DNA of 64,000 nucleotides from Thermococcus sp. JdFR-02 (GTDB lineage Archaea; Methanobacteriota_B; Thermococci; Thermococcales; Thermococcaceae): NCBI GenBank assembly GCA_002009975.1, contig MTLP01000042.1, positions 96,001 to 160,000 of the forward strand, read 5' to 3'. Shown piece by piece: positions 57,659 to 64,000 of this stretch (position 1 is its first letter; each line of letters starts with the position of its first letter). The notes under the pieces were generated by a model. It saw only the letters and a program-made list of their open reading frames with translations, ran no database searches and was not told where the DNA came from. The position numbers and the translations under genes were made by a program.

Positions 57659-58051
57659 TCAGACCTCCAAAAAGAACTTTTTTCCACTTGTTTCAACCAT
57701 TATACACTTTATAAAGCTATATTCGACATTTTCCCTTTCCAAAAGTTCTTTAATTTCTTCACTTTCAGCTCCTGGCTGAAACCAAAGCTTTCTAAATCCT
57801 GCATCGATAGCCTCTTTTGCTACTTGAAGACCAACTTTTGGTGGTACTACAAAAACAATTACATCAACATCTCTTGGTAACTCCTTAACGCTCTTGTAGC
57901 ATTTTAATCCTTCAATTTCATCATAATTTGGATTTACTGGGAGAACTTCAAAGCCTTTGGCCTTTAAATCCCTTAAAATTATGTTCCCATATTTAGTTGG
58001 ATTTGGCGTTGCACCGACTAAAGCTATTTTTTTGAAGTTTTTTACATCCAT
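57659..58051 (-). CDS. CoA-binding protein
   Basis: IALVGAT....KYG, PVNP, LWFQPG, CIMVE. Confidence 0.88.
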   Translation of the reverse strand: MDVKNFKKIALVGATPNPTKYGNIILRDLKAKGFEVLPVNPNYDEIEGLKCYKSVKELPRDVDVIVFVVPPKVGLQVAKEAIDAGFRKLWFQPGAESEEIKELLERENVEYSFIKCIMVETSGKKFFLEV

Positions 58052-58127
58052 CTCTGCCACCAAGTTTGAATTTTGTTTCATCATTTTTATACTTTGCTCC
58101 ACAAAAATGAGTAACGCTTGGAAATAA

Positions 58128-59237
58128 TTAAAAGAAAGCCTCGATAACCTCTAAAATTTCCTCCAAGCCCTTCTTCTTAAGGTCTTTAGTTAAATGCTCT
58201 ACTTGGGCTTCTCCAATTCCATGAATAAATAAACCCAAAGCTTCCTCCTTTGTCAATCCCCTGCTTCTCAGGTAAAATAAAGCATCTTCGTCAAATTGGG
58301 AGACAGTTGCTGAATGTGAAGCCTCTTCAATATCAGAGGTGTCAATTTCAAGCATTGGGACGCTTACACCCATAGAACCTTTGTCCATTATCAAAATATG
58401 AGATGCCACTCTGCTTAAAGACCCTTTAGCACTATCAAAAACTTTCCCAACGCCTCTGTGCACGGTCCATCCTTTTTTATAGGAAAAGCCAAAAACTTTA
58501 GTTTCATTTATGCTTTTTTCTCCATATTGAAGGACATTTGTTATGTAATCGATAGCGCTGTTTAGAGAGACTGGAATTCCTCTTAAAAATAGCTTTGCTT
58601 CATTTCCCTCAAGCGAATAATCTTCTCTGTGGTGGCTCATTTTTCCGCCTTTTACAATGGTTGTAACATTTATTTCGCTGTTTTCACCAAGTGAAGCTCT
58701 GAGCAAATAGTGGGATAATGCTCTGTGCTTTCCTACAGTTAGGATATTTAACTTTGAATTTTTTGCCTTAACTTCCACAACAAAAGATTTGGTTCCTTTT
58801 TCACCCATGTCATAAATAATTAGATTAGCTTCAACATCCTCTTTGACTTCGATTGCAAGATGATGCGAAGTGAAGGCTTCTTCTGAAAGATGAGATACTA
58901 TTATTAAAGGCTTCTTTAATGTTTTTGTGATCTTTATGTAGTAAGGCTCATTTAAAGCATAAAAATGAAATCCCAAAATCCTCGATTCTTCTGGATTTGA
59001 CAGGTTTAAAGTTTTCCCTTTTTGTATATCCACCCCATCAGGTAAGTTATTAAAAATCTCGCTCCCAGAGAAGGCTAAATGATAGGAGATTTCTATTTTT
59101 CCTGCCTTTGCCTTTGTCGGCAATTTTAAAGGTGAATTTTCTTCAAAAAGCTTCCAGTTTGTATAGCTCTTTATGGTTGGACTATCACCGTATTTTTGGT
59201 AATCCAGTCTTTGAAGCTTTTTGGGAGTTATCATCAT
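58128..59237 (-). CDS. sufD: Fe-S assembly SufD-like protein
   Basis: P.LEI...ASHSAT..Q....LFYLRSRGL; follows sufB. Confidence 0.88.
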   Translation of the reverse strand: MMITPKKLQRLDYQKYGDSPTIKSYTNWKLFEENSPLKLPTKAKAGKIEISYHLAFSGSEIFNNLPDGVDIQKGKTLNLSNPEESRILGFHFYALNEPYYIKITKTLKKPLIIVSHLSEEAFTSHHLAIEVKEDVEANLIIYDMGEKGTKSFVVEVKAKNSKLNILTVGKHRALSHYLLRASLGENSEINVTTIVKGGKMSHHREDYSLEGNEAKLFLRGIPVSLNSAIDYITNVLQYGEKSINETKVFGFSYKKGWTVHRGVGKVFDSAKGSLSRVASHILIMDKGSMGVSVPMLEIDTSDIEEASHSATVSQFDEDALFYLRSRGLTKEEALGLFIHGIGEAQVEHLTKDLKKKGLEEILEVIEAFF

Positions 59238-60652
59238 CCAACACCTCCAACTTCAGAGAATTCAAGCTCTATAACTCTTTTTAGAACCTCCACATATTCA
59301 AAGGGGAGTCCCTCAAGAATTTCACTTATAAATCCGAGAACTATCAAGCTCTTTGCTTCTTCCTCCCTAATCCCCCTACTACTTAGATAGAACAGCTTAT
59401 CTTGACTTAATTTTCCAGTCGTAGCTTCGTGAATCAGGTTAGCGCTTGGTTCATCTGATTGATTGTGCGGATAAGTGTAAGCTTTGCTTTTCTCGTCTAA
59501 TATGAGGGAATCACATGAAACAGTTGAAGTCGAATTTTTAGCACCTTTAATAACCCTAACCAAACCGCGATAGATGTTTATACCTCCGTTAGCACTTATG
59601 CTCTTTGAGACAATCTTTGAGCTTGTATTTGGTGCTAAGTGAAAAGTCTTTGCACCTGTATCCTTTAGATAGGGTCCATTGCTCAACGATACAACATATT
59701 GCGTCGTTCTTGCTCCTTCTCCCTTCAAGACACTTGAAGGATATGTGTATGTTATTTTACTTCCTATACTTCCCTCAATCCATTCTACGTAGGCATTTTC
59801 TTCAACTATCGCTCTCTTATTGTTGAAATTAATTACATTCCTGCTCCAGTTTTGGATGGTGGTAAACTTAACTATGGCATTTTTATGGGCGTAAATTTCA
59901 ACCATCCCATCATGAAAGCTAAATCCCTTATACATCGGAGCACTGCATCCTTCAATAAAGTGAATGTAGCTGTTTTCATCTGCAACTAGTAAAGTATGTT
60001 CAAATTGCCCTTCCATAGCACTTCCAATTACAAAGAAAGCCTCAATTGGGAATGTTATTTTAACGTTCTTAGGTACATAAACAAAAACCCCACCGCTCCA
60101 TAATGCATGATGTAAAGCGGAAAACTTGTGCTCTCCAGCAGGGAAAATCTTCCCAAAATATTTCTTCACAAGGTCTGGGTATTTCCGAACAGCTTCTTCC
60201 ATTGGGAGCATTATTATGCCTTTTTCTTCAAACTCTCTCTTTAAATTGCTGTAAACGGACTCACTATCAAAAACCGCCGTTAAGCCAGATAAAAACTTTT
60301 TCTCAATCTCAGGTATGCTTAAGCGTTCATAAATCCTTCTTATGCTCTCTGGTAAATCATCCCAACCTCTAACCTCTCCAACCTCTGGCTTTGAATAGAG
60401 AACTAAATTTTCTAAATCAAGCTCTTCAATGCCAACTATCCATCTTGGCATAGGAAGTTTTTCAAAAAGCTCTAAAGATTTTAATCTATGCCTCAGCATC
60501 CATTCTGGTTCATTCTTAATTTTCGAAAGTTCCTTAACTACATCCTTTGTTATTTTGCCCTTAAGCTCAATTTCTTTTGGATATGGAAGAGCAGTTCCGA
60601 GAATCTCTTCTAAGCTACCGGCTTTTAAGATATCTTCAAGCTTTGTTGTCAT
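59234..60652 (-). CDS. sufB: Fe-S assembly protein SufB
   Basis: EPEWML, WSGG, GQFEHTL, EGCSAP, CDSL, HEATTG. Confidence 0.95.
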   Translation of the reverse strand: MTTKLEDILKAGSLEEILGTALPYPKEIELKGKITKDVVKELSKIKNEPEWMLRHRLKSLELFEKLPMPRWIVGIEELDLENLVLYSKPEVGEVRGWDDLPESIRRIYERLSIPEIEKKFLSGLTAVFDSESVYSNLKREFEEKGIIMLPMEEAVRKYPDLVKKYFGKIFPAGEHKFSALHHALWSGGVFVYVPKNVKITFPIEAFFVIGSAMEGQFEHTLLVADENSYIHFIEGCSAPMYKGFSFHDGMVEIYAHKNAIVKFTTIQNWSRNVINFNNKRAIVEENAYVEWIEGSIGSKITYTYPSSVLKGEGARTTQYVVSLSNGPYLKDTGAKTFHLAPNTSSKIVSKSISANGGINIYRGLVRVIKGAKNSTSTVSCDSLILDEKSKAYTYPHNQSDEPSANLIHEATTGKLSQDKLFYLSSRGIREEEAKSLIVLGFISEILEGLPFEYVEVLKRVIELEFSEVGGVG

Positions 60653-61380
60653 GAAACCACCTCTTCCAGAGCAGAAAAGCCCCTCTCTTCAATTAAATTC
60701 ACAAGTTCAATTCCTCCAGAGGCTACTAATTTGCCTTCTTTGATTACGTGGACCACTTGAGGCTTCAAATACTCTAAGATTCTACCGTAGTGAGTTATGA
60801 GCAAAATTGAGGTTCCCTTTTTGTGAAGTCTGTTTATAATTCCCGCTATGACTTTTAAAGAGTCAACATCAACACCGCTATCTGGTTCATCAAGAATCAG
60901 AAGCTTGGGTTTCACGAGATAAGCTTGTAGCATTTCAAGTTTCTTTCTCTCTCCACCAGAAAAGCCAACATTTAATTGTCTCTGGAGCATTGATTCATCA
61001 ATTCCAAGTTCTTTTATAGCTCCAAAAATTAACTCATATGCTTTAACTTCATCAATGCCCTTCAAGTTCTTTAGAACCCTCTGGAGAAATAGCAAAATCT
61101 TAACTCCCTCTATTTCCACCGGATGCTGAAAGCTTATGAAAATTCCCCTTTTAGCTCTTTCTTCTGGTTTTAAGCTGGTTATGTCCTCTCCTTCAAAAAT
61201 CATCCTTCCTTCAACAATATTGTACTTTGGATGACCTGCTATAGTTAGGGCTAAGGTCGATTTTCCAGAACCATTGGGACCCATGATTACATGCAGCTCG
61301 CCATCTCCAACCTTTAAGTTTACCCTTTTTAGGATATCCTTATCTTCAACCTTGACTTTGAGATTTTCAATTATGAGCAT
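60649..61380 (-). CDS. sufC: Fe-S assembly ATPase SufC
   Basis: GPNGSGKSTL, FQHP.EI.GV, GFSGGERKK, DEPDSGVDVD, ITHY. Confidence 0.96.
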   Translation of the reverse strand: MLIIENLKVKVEDKDILKRVNLKVGDGELHVIMGPNGSGKSTLALTIAGHPKYNIVEGRMIFEGEDITSLKPEERAKRGIFISFQHPVEIEGVKILLFLQRVLKNLKGIDEVKAYELIFGAIKELGIDESMLQRQLNVGFSGGERKKLEMLQAYLVKPKLLILDEPDSGVDVDSLKVIAGIINRLHKKGTSILLITHYGRILEYLKPQVVHVIKEGKLVASGGIELVNLIEERGFSALEEVVS

Positions 61381-61516
61381 GTACATCACCATCCATTACC
61401 TATGCAAGTTTGTGTGTAGAATGAATATTTTAAAACTTTTCTTCACAGATATGGGTAATAAACACCAAATATGAAAAAGAGTTCAAGCTTTTCAAAAATT
61501 AAAGAGAAAAGGAGGA

Positions 61517-62140
61517 TTATTTTATATACTCTTCAATTATCTCTTTCATTCTTTTAGTTGCTTCCCTAACATCTTTCGCTCCGACTATTGCTGAAATAAC
61601 AGCTATCCCATCGACGCCAAGCTTCAGAACCTCTCTAACGTTTTCGTGGTTTATTCCCCCTATTGCAACCACGGGGATGCTAACGTTTTCAACCACTGCT
61701 TTTAGACCATCCAAGCCCAAATATTTAGCATCTTCTTTAGTTTTTGTTGGAAATACACTTCCAGCACCAATATAATCTGCCCCTCCCTTTTCTGCCTCTA
61801 TAGCCTCTTTTAAATTTGAAGCTGAGACCCCAACAATTAAATTTGGTGCTATTTCTTTAACTATCTCAACAGGCATATCCTCTTGTCCTACATGAACTCC
61901 ATCTGCATTAACAGCTAAAGCTACATCTAACCTGTCGTTTACAAAATAAAGAGCACCATATTCCTCTGTTATTTTTCTAATTTTTTTACCTACTTCCACC
62001 ATCTCCTTTGTAGGTGCTTTTTTAATTCTAAGCTGTATTGAAGTTGCCCCTCCTTCTAAAGCCTCCTTTACGGTCTCAACTTCATCTCTAAGCCTTCTAT
62101 CTGTTATCACATAAAGCTTAAGCCTTTTTCTAAGGTTCAA
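61517..62140 (-). CDS. thiE: thiamine-phosphate synthase
   Basis: QLR.K, NDRLD, GVHVGQED, FPT.TK, AIGGI, VISAI. Confidence 0.95.
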   Translation of the reverse strand: MNLRKRLKLYVITDRRLRDEVETVKEALEGGATSIQLRIKKAPTKEMVEVGKKIRKITEEYGALYFVNDRLDVALAVNADGVHVGQEDMPVEIVKEIAPNLIVGVSASNLKEAIEAEKGGADYIGAGSVFPTKTKEDAKYLGLDGLKAVVENVSIPVVAIGGINHENVREVLKLGVDGIAVISAIVGAKDVREATKRMKEIIEEYIK

Positions 62141-62930
62141 TCTCCCTCACCTTAACTTTCTCTTCTATCAACGCTTCGTCAACTCTATAAAGCCAATCAT
62201 ATAGCTTTACGTGAAAGCTTCCAGGATAAGGCGCTTCTTCATAGGCTTTTTCAGCAACAATTCCAAAAACAGCTAAAGCACTCGTAGATGCTCTTAAAGG
62301 CTCATCTATCGCCACAAAAGCCCCCATTAGAGCAGTAACTATACAGCCCGTCCCGGTAACTTTCCCAAGCATCGGATGACCATTCTCCACTACAAAAACT
62401 TTCTTTCCATTGCTTATGTAGTCGATAGGTCCTGTAACAGCAACGGTTGTATTAAACTCTTTAGCGGCAGTTAATGCTAAATTAAGTGCTTCTTCTTTAT
62501 CATATCCTGCACTGTCAACACCTCTCGTCTTTCCATGCTCTCCTAGAAGGGCTTTTATCTCCCCAAAGTTCCCCCTTAAAATAGCAATTTCTCCCGCTTC
62601 AAGAAGCTTTAATGCTGTTTGTGTTCTAAGTTTGGTTGCACCAGCTCCAACAGGGTCTAAAACGATTGGCTTCTTAAGCTCACTTGCTATCTTCACAGCT
62701 TTCTCCATTGAAGAGATCCACCATTCATCAAGGGTTCCAATATTCACCACAAGAGCGTTTGCAATTCTAAGCATGTCTTCAAGCTCTTCTTTTGCATGAG
62801 CCATTACTGGAGAAGCTCCAATAGCTAAAAGGGCATTTGCCGTGGTGTTCATAACAACAAAGTTGGTTATATTTTGAACCAGCGGTCTCTTCTCCCTAAC
62901 CTTTCTTAAATTCTCAGCTATCCATTTCAT
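62130..62930 (-). CDS. thiM: hydroxyethylthiazole kinase
   Basis: ITNFV..N.TANALL..GASP.M, NIGT, DPVG.GA, TGTGC. Confidence 0.95.
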   Translation of the reverse strand: MKWIAENLRKVREKRPLVQNITNFVVMNTTANALLAIGASPVMAHAKEELEDMLRIANALVVNIGTLDEWWISSMEKAVKIASELKKPIVLDPVGAGATKLRTQTALKLLEAGEIAILRGNFGEIKALLGEHGKTRGVDSAGYDKEEALNLALTAAKEFNTTVAVTGPIDYISNGKKVFVVENGHPMLGKVTGTGCIVTALMGAFVAIDEPLRASTSALAVFGIVAEKAYEEAPYPGSFHVKLYDWLYRVDEALIEEKVKVREIEP

Positions 62931-62980
62931 TGTATCACCAAGTTATTAAAAATCATAATGAAGTTATAAGATTTGTGCCG

Positions 62981-64000
62981 CTAAACGATATTTTCCCTTT
63001 CGAGCTCTTCCAGAATCCTGAGAAACTCCTCATATTTTCCTTGAGTAATAACCCTCTCAGGTCTAAATGGGCAATCACAGTAGGGATACTCCAAAAATGC
63101 TTGATACGTTCCTATCTCCCTTGCGATCTTTACTATCTCCTCTTTATCCATCCCAATTAAAGGTCTGTGAATTGGGAACCTAACGCTTATCGTCTCAATA
63201 AAGAGATTTGAGAGCGTTTGAGATGCTACCTGACCTAATGAATCACCAGTAACGATTCCTAAGGCTCCTTTTTCTTTGGCTATTTGGGCAGCTTTTCTCA
63301 ACATTGCTATCTTACAAATAACGCATGTCCATTCCCTCATGTTGAGCCTATTTAGAGCTAAAACGTAAGGTTTCAGGACTTCAAAGTGGTTTTCAATTAT
63401 TAGTTCTACATCTTTGGGAGAATAGTCATTTAGTATTTTTACTGTGTTCTCAACAACCTTTCTTGCATTCTTCCCTTGATCAAAGTGCAAAGCAATTATT
63501 TCTGCACCTCTTTTCATCATTAGAAAAGCTGCAACTGGAGAGTCGATACCACCACTCAAAAGAGCAACAACCTTTCCTTGAGTACCTACAGGTAATCCTC
63601 CCACACCTTTAATCTTCTCAAAAAAGACGTAGGCTTTTTTGCTTATTATCTCAATCCCTATAACAAGTTCTGGATTTTCTAGATCTACCTTCCAACCAAA
63701 CTCCTTAACAACAAAAGCCCCAATTTCTTTGTTTACATCCATAGAAGTGAGTAAAAAAGTCTTATCTAATCGATGAGTATCAATTTTGAAGCTCTTTGGG
63801 TTTAATCCTTTTAGAACTTCTTTTAAATAGGTAGGAACATCTTCATAATTCATTTCTTTAGCTGGAGAAACTGAAACAACGCCAGGAACTTTGGCTATTA
63901 TCCTGGCACTCTCATCTGGAGCATCAATCAAAATTCTCCCAGGAATTATTTTTCCTTTAGCATCAATTCCTTTTTTCTTTAAAGCGGCAAGAATATTTTC
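62981..64000 (-). CDS. thiI: tRNA 4-thiouridine synthase ThiI (5' end outside the window)
   Basis: THUMP domain, GGLPVGTQGK, LLSGGIDSPVA, C..CK, TGDSLGQVASQT; frame stays open to the edge. Confidence 0.93.
   Translation of the reverse strand, partial: ENILAALKKKGIDAKGKIIPGRILIDAPDESARIIAKVPGVVSVSPAKEMNYEDVPTYLKEVLKGLNPKSFKIDTHRLDKTFLLTSMDVNKEIGAFVVKEFGWKVDLENPELVIGIEIISKKAYVFFEKIKGVGGLPVGTQGKVVALLSGGIDSPVAAFLMMKRGAEIIALHFDQGKNARKVVENTVKILNDYSPKDVELIIENHFEVLKPYVLALNRLNMREWTCVICKIAMLRKAAQIAKEKGALGIVTGDSLGQVASQTLSNLFIETISVRFPIHRPLIGMDKEEIVKIAREIGTYQAFLEYPYCDCPFRPERVITQGKYEEFLRILEELERENIV

Noticed and set aside
2642-63160. Numerous 60-180 aa ORFs antisense to or overlapping well-supported genes
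   Set aside because: Shadow ORFs without SD sites or family motifs

Overview
AT-rich archaeal DNA with GGTGA-type Shine-Dalgarno sites, archaeal ProRS, membrane-anchored LonB, C/D and H/ACA guide RNAs and a CopR-type regulator. It most resembles a Thermococcales chromosome (inference). Positions 1-20.8 kb and about 57.3-64 kb are housekeeping genes (proS, cbiZ, moeA/moaB, sppA, hypE, lonB; sufCBD, thiE/thiM/thiI). Between them is a ~36 kb accessory heavy-metal/redox region: three P1B-ATPases (CopA, CopB, CadA), CopR and ArsR regulators with visible operators, a copZ-TRASH-merA operon, cysteine synthase plus cystathionine lyase, a Cys-type Thi4 and a cytochrome b5-like protein. Two radical-SAM RiPP clusters sit inside it, each with a precursor gene missing from the ORF track. 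Cluster 1 (35.8-38.9 kb) has a 38-aa CxxCxxC peptide, an RRE-rSAM-SPASM enzyme and an ABC exporter. Cluster 2 (47.2-55.3 kb) has two precursors sharing a Y-x-P-P-x-G-x-D-x-G leader. One carries a strict 6-residue Asx ladder in a Val/Ala core, like polytheonamide Nx5N repeats. The cluster also encodes a radical SAM enzyme lacking SPASM cysteines, a stand-alone PqqD/RRE, a small membrane protein, two ABC systems and a C25-like protease. Cluster 2 is the best candidate for an undescribed system: a possible archaeal D-amino-acid, beta-helical pore-forming peptide. All functional calls come from motif recognition; no database searches were run.
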